From: Diploschistes diacapsis | Lineage: Eukaryota | Reading direction: 5' to 3' | Assembly: GCA_023645945.1 (NCBI GenBank) | Contig: JALAIB010000001.1 | Coordinates: forward strand, 1-64,000 | DNA length: 64,000 nucleotides | Part shown: in pieces, positions 1 to 14,584 of the stretch | Numbering within the stretch: the stretch's first letter is position 1 | Layout of the letters: every line of letters starts with the position of its first letter | Program-made: the position numbers and the translations under genes | The notes under the pieces: generated by a model | The model's database searches: none | What the model was told of the DNA's origin: nothing | The model's input: the letters and a program-made list of their open reading frames with translations, nothing else

Positions 1-307
1 GTTCAAGGCTATCTTCTCGGCGGGTGGGAGGAAGGCGGTTGCGAAGGGGAAGGCGATTCTTCTGGAGCGTGATGCGAAGGGGGTGTTGAGGGCTTGGGTG
101 GAGGGGAAGAACGATAAGGCGAAGGGGGAGGGTGAGGCGTTTGAAAGGATGGGGGAGTTGCAGGATGAGAGAGTCAGTCGGTTAATATGGATGGGGTATT
201 TAGCTGGTGATAACGTTGCGAGTCCGGCGGCAAGGCGGAGCGTTGTGGATGGTATAATTGAGGCGGTCAGCAGACCTGTGGGAACCTTTGAGACACAAGT
301 GGTATAG
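1..307 (+). CDS. Chalcone-isomerase-fold mitochondrial protein (Aim18/Aim46-like), 3' end only
   Basis: Open frame from the window edge to TAG at 305-307. C-terminus ERVSRLIWMGYLAGDNVASPAARRSVVDGI resembles fungal Aim18-like proteins (recall). Confidence 0.6.
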   Translation, partial: FKAIFSAGGRKAVAKGKAILLERDAKGVLRAWVEGKNDKAKGEGEAFERMGELQDERVSRLIWMGYLAGDNVASPAARRSVVDGIIEAVSRPVGTFETQVV

Positions 308-714
308 GCAGAGACAGATATGGGAGGGGTTCGGTGGAAGATATTCTAACATACGGGAGGACGCATGCAGGGGGGGTGGCTTTCTTGTATCATACAGTAA
401 GGGCACTTCGCCACTCTCCAGTCCAAAAAAGCATTGTAAATCAATCTGCTACATTCACGTAGTTGGAGTTGCTCCGGGTTTCGACTGAACGAATGATGGC
501 TCTCTAGGTAAAGATGGAGCAGCTTTACTCCAAAGAAGGAGCTTGGCTTCAAGGACAATAGATTACGCACAGATGAAGCAAGCCGATCTTCACGCTGAAT
601 GCACTCAAAGCTCTCGCATCCATGAGATGAACAGTTTCTTGCAATCGCTATTCATATCTTCATCATACCAATGCGCAGGTATTCGACTATTGGTAGTGGA
701 AGTTCGATCAGCCC

Positions 715-1081
715 CTAACAAGCTCCAACTTCTTGCAGCATAGCAGGTAGCTGGCTCTTCCTTGACTGTAGCTCCGAGTTTCCACCAATGTGCTTCTGGC
801 CAATGAAGATATTGGGCACAGTGCGCTGGGAGGACATCTCAGCAAGAGCCGACTGCAGGGCCTGGCCATCATCTAGAAATCCATGTCAGACTCCTGCTTC
901 CTTGCAGCGGGGAAGAGCAACTCAGCGCACCGATCTGGTCCAGCTCGACGACCTCGTACTTTGCTCCCATTTCACTGAGGAGCTGCTTTGTGGCGCGGCA
1001 GTAAGGACAGTAGGACTTGCTGAACACGGCGACCGGGTTGTCGTCGATGATCTTCTGGGCTTTTTCCTTGGCGGCGGACAT
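715..1081 (-). CDS. GRX1: Dithiol glutaredoxin; exons 1081-931 and 872-715
   Basis: FSKSYCPYC active site. After the GT-AG intron (930-873) the frame gives QRTVPNIFIGQKHIGGNSE. Confidence 0.95.
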
Positions 1082-1973
1082 GGTGCCGGGCGACAGGCTC
1101 CGTGAGGAGAAGAGCTTGCGTAGGAAGGAAATGGTGGCGATGGATATACGATTAACTATTGAGTGTTCAATGTGTGCAAAGTGGCTCTGGACGGATCTGT
1201 AGTTCGGAGAAGAAGGGTCAAGGTGTTTTGGATGTTATATGATTGACTTGGGAAAGGAGGGCTGATGTATAATGACGTTGGGAACTTTTGCCCGCGCATA
1301 TATCTATATATATTTGGTTATCAATGGCGAATTGTCACTCTAGTAGCTAAGAACCTACAATGCCGCCAAAGTTATTCGATACTTATGCTTTCCCTTCTGA
1401 TATACAAGCTTCATCTACTGTCAAATACGGTAGCTAAAACACCTGCTCCAACAAATCCCGCCATTCGGCTTAGGTCTTTTCTTTTGGCCACAGAACCTCC
1501 GTCTCGGCGCCCTGGCAACGCTGAGAAATCAGATTGGCATCCAGGCTACAGAAAAGGAAAGCTACTGTCTTCTTTGATCATCGGGGATGAATAATCCCAA
1601 TACCTGGTCCAACGATCTGAGTCTGACCTGCTGGAATTATGCGGATGTAGGTACTCATAGGAGCCAGCCCTAAGATTCAACCTTTCTTGAGTTTTTGTAT
1701 ACATGCAGATCAGTATTTTCACGACTCGGCGCAAAGAGTCCATGATAGCTAAAAGGATGGCTAACGAACGAGTTCCCTTCATGACATCACCGCGAGCCGG
1801 AAAGGTAGGTTGAATCTTAGCTTCAAGCTCATCTGCATTCCTGTCCTCAGTTCTTTGATCCTGTTTCCCCCCTTAACAGCTACCGTTACTGCTTTTGATT
1901 TTGCGCGTTATCTTTTAATCGTCATTATATGGCTGTGGAGCACTTATAGCACCCCTTATCGTCCTGTTCTAGA

Positions 1974-3969
1974 ATGCCAGCACAAGCACGAGTGATATAT
2001 TGGTTCCGCACGGATCTTCGTTTGCATGATTCCCCAGCCCTCAAGGAAGCACTGGATCTCAAGCCAGAATGTCTCTGGCCCATCTGGTGCTGGGACCCTC
2101 ATTATATGTATCGCGTCCGGGTCGGCCCCAACAGATGGAAATTCCTGTATGCATGAGCTTGTTGAGCTTATGCTTGCACTGACATTGCATTCTAGTACGG
2201 AGTGTCAAGCAGACCTCTCGGCCTCTATCACGAAGCTGAATCCCCAGTCCAAGCTGTACCTGATGCGAGAAGCGCCACAAACCTTGTTGCCGAAGCTCTT
2301 CAAGGCATGGAAGCCCACACACCTTGTTTTCGAAAAGGATACAGACCCATACGCCAAGGAGCGCGATGCCGAGGTGCAGGCGCTGGCCAAAGAAGCTTGT
2401 GTGCAAGTCATTATGGGTCAAGGGAGAACGCTGTACGATTCAGATGAATTAGTAAAGGCCAATGGTGGCAAGCCAACTATGAGCATAACCCAAGTTGAGC
2501 ATGCGGGCTCAAAGATTGGGGAAATCCCCAGACCGATTCCCGCCCCAAATTCTTTACCTGATCCTGGTGATACCCAGCTGAACTTCGAGCAAGAGCAGCC
2601 TTCGCACGACTCTGACATCAATTCTATGCAAAGAAACTCCAATGACAAATCCTATTCAACGCTTGCGGGGCCCAATGGCGACTTTGCAGTGCCCACCATG
2701 GAAGAGCTAGGCCTTGAGCCAGCGAGTGCTAAGCACAGGGGCGGCGAAACCGTTGCGCTCAAGATCCTTGATGAAGTCACATCAAATGAAGAGTATACGG
2801 CAACATTTGAGAAGCCAAAGACCGCGCCTACTGCTTTTAATCCACAGGCAACCACACTATTGAGCCCCTACCTCCACTTCGGCGCTCTAAGCTGTAGAGA
2901 GTTCTACTGGCGCGCCCAGAATATTGTCGACAAATGGAAAGGCAAAGCTTCGCAACCTCCGACAAGTTTAACCGGCCAGCTTCTCTTTCGCGACATGTAT
3001 TTCGGCGCACAAGCCAGACTTGGGGTTTACTTTGGACAAACTGTCGGCAATGACCACTGCAAGTTTATCCCCTGGCATCTGCGCAGCAAAATAGACGATG
3101 CAACAGGCCTTTCCACAAAAGAATATATCAAGGACAGCGAACAAGCAGAGACGTGGTTCCGTCGCTGGAAGTTCGGTATCACGGGTTTCCCATGGATTGA
3201 CGCCGCCATGCGCCAGCTAAGGCAGGAAGGCTGGATCCATCACTTAGCTCGACACGCTGTGGCGTGCTTTTTGACGCGCGGCGGGTGCTACATCGACTGG
3301 GAAAGGGGCGCGGAGGTGTTCGAGGAGTGGCTGATCGACCACGAGCCGGCGTGCAATATAGGCAACTGGCAGTGGCTTTCGTGCACGGCGTTCTATTCGC
3401 AGTTCTACAGGTGCTACTCGCCCATTGCGTTCCCGCAAAAGACTGACAAGAGCGGGAACTTCGTAAGGCACTACGTGCCTGAGCTGAAGGACTTCCCAGC
3501 AAAGTATATATACGAGCCATGGAAGGCGTCAATCCAGGACCAGAGGAAGGCAGGCTGTCGCGTTCAGGGGGATGGCACGGAGGCGGAGGTGGACGGCATG
3601 ACGGCTTATCCGAAGCCAATGTTTGATTTTGCAGAAAGGAGGGAGATTTGCATCCAGAGTATGAAGAATGCGTATCACATAAACCTGCACGGTAACGACC
3701 CTAAGGTCATGGACGGTTCGTGGAAGATGCTTTTCGAGGACAGCGCCGAGGGACCGACGGAAGGGAAGAGCGCTAAAGAGGCTTACCGTAAGAGGATAGA
3801 GACCGGCAAGGAGTGGGAGATGGAAGATGAGGATTTGCATGTGCATTTCGGAGGTGCAAAGGGGGATGTCGCGGATGGGGACAAGGAAAAGGGTGGCGCG
3901 AAGAGGAAGAGAGGCGAGAGCAAGGGAACGATGGACAGGTTTGTGTCTAGGATGAAAGCGAAGAAGTGA
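1974..3969 (+). CDS. (6-4) photolyase / cryptochrome-family protein; intron ~2149-2195
   Basis: N-terminal YWFRTDLRLHDSPAL, LSPYLHFGALS, TGFPWIDAAMRQL, and the WIHHLARHAVACFLTRG His motif of the (6-4) photolyase/animal CRY clade. Confidence 0.93.
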
Positions 3970-4620
3970 AGGACCGGGAATCCTGAGTACCCCTCAATGG
4001 GCGCATGTAGTATATCTGAGTGTTCATTGACTACACCATCTGCGCAAGCAAGGCGTTGGAGGCACACACAATGATAGAGTCGACTCTGTGAAATAAGCGC
4101 TCAGGGGTGACGAGCCTTCTCTGATAATAGCAGACTTGTTTTTGAAAGCAATTTCCCACGATCAAGCAGTAATGCTTTTGTGTATGACTGGCACTCCTAG
4201 GCAAGACGATCCAAGTCGGACGCTATCTAGACCTTAAAGCATCCTACAAGACGTATAAGCACTCTAACCCAAGGTCAGGATTAGATTGTTTTCTTATGAA
4301 CCCCCAGTAAATGAGATATCACAGTGTAAAGAGGATTCCTGTAACGCTACAAATCTAAAGTAGAAACGGCCGCATTTTCTCCGCCATCCGATAGGGGCCT
4401 CTGCTCTTATCTGCAACAGGTGAGTGATCTCATGCTTATTATCTCGAAACGAGCCCACACTTGAAGCGGGGACGCCTGGAGAAGTAAACAGACCGAAAGG
4501 GTCCAAGGCTAGAGAGTGTAATGGCATGCAATTATTACAAGTACATGCACTAAAGCATAGTCATATCCCCAACCTAACCCTCTAATTCCTTCAGAAGCAG
4601 TAATCTGCAAGACGTTCAGT

Positions 4621-5469
4621 ATGGCCGACGCTACTTCCTCACCCACAATCAAGCTCTACACGGCGCAGACGCCAAATGGTGTCAAGATCTCCATCACTCT
4701 CGAAGAGCTGGGACTTCCATATGAAGTCCACAAGATCGATATATCCAAGCATGAGCAAAAGGAGCCGTGGTTTCTCGAGATCAATCCTAACGGACGCATT
4801 CCGGCTTTGACGGATACCTTCAATGGCACAGAGACAATCCGGCTCTTCGAGTCTGGGTCGATCATGCAGTACCTCATCGAGAGATACGATACCCAGCACA
4901 AGATCAGCTTTCCGAGAGGAACGCGGGAAGCATATGAGATGAACAACTGGCTTTTCTTCCTGAATGCCGGACTTGGACCTATGCAGGTAAGTTGGATAGT
5001 CCTACCTTGATACCTTTGTAGCTACAATGCCATTATGGTTCGCGGTTCCAGAAACTCATATTTGTCCCAGGGTCAAGCAAATCACTTCTTTCGGTACGCG
5101 CCAGAGAAGATAGAATACGGCATCAACCGGTATCAGAACGAGACACGGCGATTGTACGGTGTACTTGACAAGCATCTCGAAAAGTCGTCATCAGGATATA
5201 TAGTGGGTGACAAGTGTACCATTGCCGACATTGCGCACTGGGGCTGGGTAGCGGCGTCCGGATGGGCTGGCATTGATTTGAATGAGTTCAAGAGCCTTAA
5301 AGTCTGGGAAGAGAAATTGTTGAAAAGACCGGCCTTTGCGAAAGGCGAAAACGTGCCAGAACCGAACAAGTTAAGGCAAGTGGCCAATGATCCTGATGCT
5401 GCTGCCAAGGAGGCGGCCAACCAAAGCAAGTGGATCATGGAAGGCCAAAAGAGGGATTCAAGTAAGTAG
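4621..5469 (+). CDS. Glutathione S-transferase (Ure2/GST-II-like); intron 4987-5070
   Basis: TPNGVK, INPNGRIPAL, FESGSI, GLGPMQ|GQANHF, RYQNETRRLYGVLD, TIADIA. Confidence 0.93.
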
Positions 5470-5574
5470 ACTCACAACGCTATGCCATGGTGGTGTTGAG
5501 GCCAACCAAGTACTTGTACTGTCATCCCAGGACTTTAGCATGATAGCAGAATCGTAGTGTTGTCCACCAAGCTG

Positions 5575-6083
5575 TCAACCTTCTTGCCATCGGTGCCCAC
5601 AGTCCACACACTGATAAGATCAGCATATCAGGACCACATCAGGTCTGGATACAAACAGACTTTGTAGAAAATTGTCATGGGCTCATCAGCGCTCCGAGTC
5701 TGGACCTGGAAAAAATAGGCCTGCGACCCATCACAACCCTCCGCTGTGCATTGAGCTAGAAACTCATTAACAACAACGAACAAGCACGGGTTTGACGATC
5801 GTACCACTTGTCCTGTCAACGTTTTCCCAAGCTGCATTACCTCCCAGGACATCGTCGACTTCCTTCTTGTTCTTCATGATCTTGCGTTCGAATAGTGGGG
5901 AGTCATCTTTAATGGGACTTTGATAAGTGCATGTACGGCATTCTATTCGGTATCTTCCCAAAGGATCATCTAGACTCCTGGGACCCAGTGTGACCCTCAA
6001 CATGTTATTGCATGTCGGACAGACTGTGTCAAGGTTAGGCGCACAACTAGAACCAATAATCTTACAAACTCACAGAGCAGCAT
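5575..6083 (-). CDS. RPC11: RNA polymerase III subunit C11 (TFIIS-like), 4 exons
   Basis: MLL.CPTCNNML...CRTC, EVDDVLGG, AYFFQVQTRSADEPMTIFYK|CVDCGHRWQEG*. Confidence 0.92.
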
Positions 6084-6468
6084 CTTGGACCGGACTTGAT
6101 TGCGATGTCTTCAGGGAGGTTAGCAAAGCAAGAGAAGAGCAGTCGAGACCTAGTTAAACGGATCAGAAGAAGTGCGAGCACGCGGAGGAAAGATACAACA
6201 TAAATATGCGAGCGGAGAAAATCCCGCTGCACACATTTCTAAAAGGACAGGAGCGGGGGACGATCGCTCTCGGTTTGCAGAGAGGGGCTAGAAACGTGTA
6301 ATTGTTCAGGCGCTGATAAACAACTCTTGCGACTCATTTGAATAAAGCTGGAAAAGTGTATTGTTACCTGAACCTAGTTCTGCATGACGACTGACCAGGC
6401 AACACCCCTTTGTACTTTATACCTTACTGCCCAGTCGCCCTGAGATTGATCACCAAAGAGTACAGACC

Positions 6469-7167
6469 ATGGCGGATGAGGTATGACCCTCAAGACTTTC
6501 GTAATCTTGAACGGGATTGACTCTGCCATTAGGGCGCATCCCCTAGAGAGCTTTTGCTAGAGGCTTGCCGGCGCAACAATGTCGGTCTCCTGAACGAAGT
6601 CCTCGACGCTCAGCCATCAAAGGACAGCATAGCAGACCTTCTCAACAACTCAAAAGATGGCATAGGGAACTACTGTTTACATGTCGCGGCTTTCTACGGT
6701 AGCTGTAAGTCAGTACGACCTCGTGTTGGCGGCTTGTTCTCCCGAGGCTGCAGCTGATACTATCTTCCGCTGTAGATGAGGTGCTGGATCACCTGTTGGA
6801 TCAGGAAGGCCTCGAGGTTGACCCTCTGGACCGTATGGATGGAGACACGCCACTCCACAAAGCGGTGCGCTTCGTCAACAAGTTGGACAAGAACGAATGG
6901 CACTCGGGCGCGGCGTTTGTGGAGCTACTGGTTGACGCTGGAGCTGATCCAAGGTAAGCAATGAATGATATAGCATGGCCGCTCGGCAGCTTACGGTAAG
7001 AACGAAGAATACGCAACAAAGGGAAGTTAAAAGCCTTCGATCTGGTCGACCCTTTAAACCAAGAGCTACGTACAACACTACAAAAAGCAGAGTATGCGAT
7101 GACTCTGGGTGACGATGTTGCAGATGAAGATGAGGTTGGCGATGGTCCACCCAGTGATAGTGACTAG
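6469..7167 (+). CDS. Small ankyrin-repeat protein, 4 exons
   Basis: MADE|GASPRELLLEACRRNN, GNYCLHVAAFYGS, DGDTPLHKAV, LVDAGADPR|IRNK, acidic tail. Confidence 0.85.
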
Positions 7168-7355
7168 GAAATTTGCAGTCTCCACATCAGCATTGCATGA
7201 ATGCATAGCGATGGCGTTCGAACGGAATAGAGCGGGAGTCACGGATCACTCAATCAGGGCATGGGTCAAGCTTCCAAAGCCTGGGTTGTAACGGGCACCT
7301 AAGCATGCCAATCCAAAGGAAAGAAACCAGGCAACATGTTCCAGTCTCCAATCCT

Positions 7356-8662
7356 CTAATCTTCTTCCTCTTCGTCTTCCTCCTCGTCTTGTTCGCCTTC
7401 GCCAGCCTCGTCCTCCAATTCATCCTCTTCCCCTTCAGCTTCATCGTCTACAAAGCCGGACGAACGTCGACCTGGCCGGCGCGTTTGTGGTGTGTGGGCG
7501 ACTCCACCCCTCCCATTACCCCTTCTGGATGCCCCATTTACCTGTCTTGTCCGTGAACCTTCCACCTCATTTTCTGCCTCTGCCTCTGCCCCTGCGTCTC
7601 GCTCTCTCTCCTCCCCTTCATTCGGATTCCATTCCTCTCCATCCCTGTCGACATCCCCACCTTGTTTCTTAGTCTTCCTCTTGAAAGTGCCAGCACCCAG
7701 ACTCTTCTCTAGCTTGTCCTCCAATTCCTCCATTTCAATATCCCTCTTACCATAGACTGTTTTTACCAAGGCTGCGGCTCCCTTCTCGCCAACTTCAACC
7801 TTGCCCCTAGGCCCCACAACATAGTCAATAATCTCTTCTCCGCCTGGTTCTCTTTCCTTAATTTTAACGATATAATTCTGCTTCTCCATTTTCTTCAGCA
7901 CATTCTCCGTCTTTTCTCCGTTAAGGACATAATTGTCCGCATTACAACGTTTGAGATACCGCTCAAGCTTGCCCTCGCTGATTCTTGAACCGTCGGACAG
8001 ATAGATGACGCTCACGATGAAACTATAAAGCCCAATATAACCCGATTCAGCGCCAACACTAGGGACTTTTGGCGGATGGAGAATAATGGGTGTACGATAC
8101 GCCGAGGGTAGGGTCGAAGTTAGCACATAAGCTTTGGAAGATGCCGAATTGCCTTGGGAATTGCCGTTCGTTCGCTGTGCCGCGCGCTTTTGGGCGATTG
8201 TCACTTTTTCCTTATTTGGAAGTTCGGTCATGGTCATGCCAAACACACGCCGCAGGCGCTCTTGTGCCGTTTCGAAGATGATCTTAAACGTTCGGGAATT
8301 GCTGGGTGCCAACACTATGTAGCTACTTAGCTCTGATCTTGCCAGTAACTGTAAAAGGCATACCTTTGGCGGTAATATCTGTACGGCGCAGTGGTTGCCT
8401 TGTATACTCACTTGCCAGCGCGAGACGGACTAGATTCTTGACCGTCTGGTCGAACGTACCAGCTGTAAGGTCGCCGTCATAATCTTTATCAAGTCCTCCA
8501 TCCGAGGCTGCTTCGGACGCGTCGGGGCTTGCCTCCTCCCTTCGCTGGCGTACGGCTGATGGTAAAGGTGATGCTTCTAGTTCCTAGAAGAAACGTCATC
8601 TTCAACACAGTACAGCCATCACGTTAAATCCATACAGCCCTCCTTTTGAGTATTCTAGGCAT
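7356..8662 (-). CDS. NSE3: MAGE-domain protein, Smc5/6 subunit Nse3
   Basis: QTVKNLVRLALASEY, FETAQERLRRVFGMTMTELP, AYVLTSTLP, YVVGPRGKVEVG, acidic tail. Several short introns in the 5' part. Confidence 0.85.
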
Positions 8663-8819
8663 ATTTATGTCCTTTTATAATCGACCTTTGCGAGTTACTG
8701 TAGAAGTAATGAAGCTCGGATGGCAACCGCATGTAACGTGAGGCTGACGCGTAAATTCTGTGGAGACGATTTTTCTCCTTGGGGATAGCGGACCTCGATC
8801 CGGTTTCGTCTTAACAATG

Positions 8820-9320
8820 CTACTTTAAGAAACCGCTACCTCAGTACTTATAATTACATTTTTATATTCCGCGCACTGGTCGTGGAACAAAGATAACATC
8901 CTTAATGGTTTATTTGTTTATGTTTAGAACGCGGCCACTTTGGATTATTATTTAATAACTTTTCGATCTTATTCGACTCTATCCTTATTTTTACGTGTAT
9001 AGAACCATTAAAAACAAAATAAAAACGATATTGATAATAATTTATAATGTGTATAAAGATCGTAGTGTTTTTAAAATCGAAAATGATGAAGAATAAAACC
9101 GATTAATTAATATAAAAAAACAAATCGCGATTTTCTGCTTCTTCATACTTCCATCGAGTAATATCAATAGTTTAGTTAGTTTAAATGTTAAGTTAATGAT
9201 CAAGTTAAAGTAAAACAATTATATAAAAAATGCTTCCACCTAAAACGAGTTGATTTTTATAAAACACTGGATTTAGAAGCTGGAAAATGAGACTTAAACA
9301 TTATTGTCCTTTGCTAAAAT
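8820..9320. other. AT-rich island, possible RIP-degraded repeat relic
   Basis: Abruptly AT-rich and TpA-rich with no ORF, between the NSE3 5' region and the TEF1 3' end. Confidence 0.45.
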
Positions 9321-9567
9321 AGGGTGAGCTTTATATCACGTCCAGATTGGATTGAAGAATTTTGGGTTGGATCGTTACGGTCACAGTCTCTACTTTGTAT
9401 CAAGGAGCTTCGACAAAGGCATCAGGAAAAGCTTAGCATTTGCATCTGCATTTTGTCTATCGCTCAGCTACCTTCATCATATTACTATTGTAACAGTATC
9501 CGCTAAGCGCCCCCTCTTAACCACTTTATTACACGTCTTCATCAACATCAACACCGTGGCAGCGGGT

Positions 9568-11495
<1,928 letters not shown>

Positions 11496-12398
11496 CTAAT
11501 GTGAAGAGGTCTGAAGACTTGTCAGTGAAGTGGTTTCTTAGGATGGTGGGATTTTTCTCACATGCTCGGACGAAGAGAAGAAAAATAAGAAAGATGAGAC
11601 AGTGGGGATATTTATGGGAAAGTTACTAGTGTGTGCCACTTCTAAGCGAGCACCTCCTCGAGCCTTACCGTGAATCATTGTCACGACAGACCTGACTCAT
11701 TATACCTTCCTTTACGAACCGACTATTAGAGATTTCCCATTGATCGGATACAGTCTGCATTACAATGCATACTACGAGTAGAATAATCGGTAGTAAATAC
11801 ACAGGGAATGATTTACTATAAGAGTCCTTGTTTGTATGATTCGATGGACAGGTTAGCAGTAGTTTTTAATCGCGACAGAGCTGCAGTGTCACACAGCGGA
11901 GCATCAACAGCACGGTACGCATCGCTAACCGGCCCAAATCTCCCCTCAAAATGGGTATGAAAAAAGGGTAAGACTTGCGCTCAGATATATTGCCTAAAAC
12001 CCCCCTCATGTCTACTGCTATCATGGGCTACTAAGTAGTGGGTATTACGTGCATGGTAGAAACGGGACTACTAGGCTCGCTGGGCTCATGTTATGTCATA
12101 CTCCGGGTCAGAATCTGCTTGGCTCGACGCGGATATTACCAGCGGAGATAAAAAAGATAAAGATAACTAGAGCAGGATCACGTGAGTGCTAAGATGGCTA
12201 AATGTTGACAGTTGAGCTTAGTAAGCACTTTCTCAGCTAACCTATATTCGGTCTAGCTTCTCGCACACGGTAAAATTGCCCTAGCAGGCGCACTGAGTAA
12301 CTAAATTCAAATCTACGGTCGCAGCAATATCAACCTGCGCAACGACAAAATATCAGCATCACTTGAGATCTTTCAATTTCAAGCGACAGTGGGCTAAG

Positions 12399-13373
12399 AT
12401 GTCGACGTTTGAGCCTGTCGTAAGCTAACCCATCTCCCTCTATAATCCGTTGTGCACTTGTCCATTATACAGTAGGGCGCAAGAAAGTTGACCTTTGCGA
12501 ATCGATTTCTTGCTGGGGGTGGTCACTATCATTGGCCTATGCCATCTCTTAAGCTCTACGGGACTGACGGGTATCTCTACTAGGTGGTAATTGATGGCAG
12601 TGGCCATCTCCTGGGGAGACTGGCGAGCATAATTGCGAAGCAGCTTCTCAATGGGCAGAAGGTCGTCGTGGTCCGTTGCGAAGCACTGAACATCTCGGGG
12701 GAGTTCTTTCGCGCCAAACGTGAGAGCCCTTATTATCTTTTAATTGAAAACTCTCAGAACCGTGCGGAATGTGCAACGGGAACGCTAACACAAGTCGGTG
12801 GATAGTCAAGTATCTCAGTTACCTACGCAAGATGACTCGTTATAACCCGACCCGGGGCGGTATGCATTGAACTAACACCTGCAAGGCTCGAAACGTGATA
12901 TCTGATCATCCATTAGGCCCCTTCCACTTCCGGGCACCCTCTCGCATCCTCTACAAGACCGTGCGTGGCATGATCCCTCACAAAACCGCACGCGGTACAG
13001 CGGCTATGGAACGCTTAAAAGTCTTCGAGGGAGTACCTCCACCTTACGATAAGAAAAAGAAGATGGTTGTTCCTCGAGCGCTGCGCGTCTTGCGGTTGAA
13101 GCCTGGAAGGAAATACTGCACGGTTGGTCGCTTAAGTCACGAGGTGGGCTGGAAGTACAAGGATGTTGTTGAGAGGTCAGCGATACACGAGGGGACAATA
13201 GTAATATTTCGTTATTGGCTAACCATGGCTTTAGGCTGGAGGAGAGGCGCAAGGCCAAGGGTGCCGCGTACTATGAGCGCAAGAAGGCTATCCGGAAGCA
13301 GATGGCGGCTGGAGTGCGAAATGCGAAGGTGGATGACAAGACAAAGAAGGAGCTTGCGCAGTACGGATACTAG
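12399..13373 (+). CDS. RPL16: 60S ribosomal protein uL13 (L16), 5 exons
   Basis: [61 protein letters not shown]. Confidence 0.97.
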
Positions 13374-13912
13374 GTTGCAAGGGTTGATCATCACGAGGCG
13401 TTTGGCCCTGTTACGAAGCTAATGCGTTGCCCTATTTCATGTGGGCTGCCTGTTCTGATAGTGCTTCGATCAACTTTCAAGCAAGCTACTGCTGTATCAA
13501 ACATGCTGACTCACTCGATCCAAGAATGCTGGGAGAAAGCTGACATTGAGAAATGACAGGCTCAAAGGGCAAAACAAAGGCTCAAAGAATCGGCATTGTT
13601 GCTCGTTAGTGAGCCAAGGTCATTGTACTGAGAAGATGCAAGGCTATTGTGTCTGGTTCTTCTGAGTTCTTGATGAAGGATACATGACAATGAGGACAGT
13701 GCTGGCATGGCTCTTTCGGTGACTTTGCAACTTTTAAATAAATAGGCCCAGTAGCCATCTCATCTAGACACCATTCAGCTTATCGACCTTCTATTCTTAA
13801 GCCCCTCCAAAAACGGGAATCCTCGTTTCGCTACACATCATTTCCGATTCTTTCTGCGACGTGGAAAAGACAGCCCGAGAAAAGCAGTCGATCGAAGTTG
13901 GATCACAAGACT

Positions 13913-14584
13913 ATGCACCCTTCATTGGATTCTCCTACCTACCGTCAGGCCGCACGGACCCACAACCGCTCCCAGCATGCTCGCGGCCGATTCCCTGTTT
14001 TCACCAGCGATATGGTTGGCTGTGAAGTGCGCCAACCCACTCACCTATCCCATGAACCTCTTTCTATGCCCATGCAACCATGTGCTGCGATCCTGCACAA
14101 CGACAAGCTCGAGCTGCAGCCTGGCGAGACCTCTCCGATGATGCCCCTGTCACCTCTGCCGCCGAAGCTGGATGAGGGTAGGTCTCTTCGATGCCGCGCT
14201 AACGCTGTTTCTAGCCCTCGTCGCAAACCGCATGTACGCGTCGACAGGGCTCTTCCCCTCCGCCCGCGTGATGAGGAGGACGACGACGAAGTGGTGGTCC
14301 GCTATGCGCGGGCTGGGGTTACCGGGCAGGCGAGGAGCGTCATGATCTTGAAATCTCCGCCGCCGCCTCTTGCGTACTCCCAACAGAACGCGAGTCCTGC
14401 GCACCCCGCTGGGAATCAGTCGCGGTCCGCTATCATGGCTTACAAGCGGGCGGGAGAGAATCCTGAGGATGGCAAAGCTCAGACGTCGAGCGAGCAGTCC
14501 GGATGGACTTTCTGCCTCGGTGAGCTGTTCTCGCTTTGCAGTTCGAGCAGCAACGAGACTGGAGTGAAGCGAGAAGGTAAGTAG
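13913..14584 (+). CDS. Hypothetical Pro/Ser-rich protein
   Basis: Uninterrupted ~223-codon ORF from the first ATG, with a TATA-like tttaaataa ~170 nt upstream. No recognisable domain. Confidence 0.45.
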   Translation: MHPSLDSPTYRQAARTHNRSQHARGRFPVFTSDMVGCEVRQPTHLSHEPLSMPMQPCAAILHNDKLELQPGETSPMMPLSPLPPKLDEGRSLRCRANAVSSPRRKPHVRVDRALPLRPRDEEDDDEVVVRYARAGVTGQARSVMILKSPPPPLAYSQQNASPAHPAGNQSRSAIMAYKRAGENPEDGKAQTSSEQSGWTFCLGELFSLCSSSSNETGVKREGK

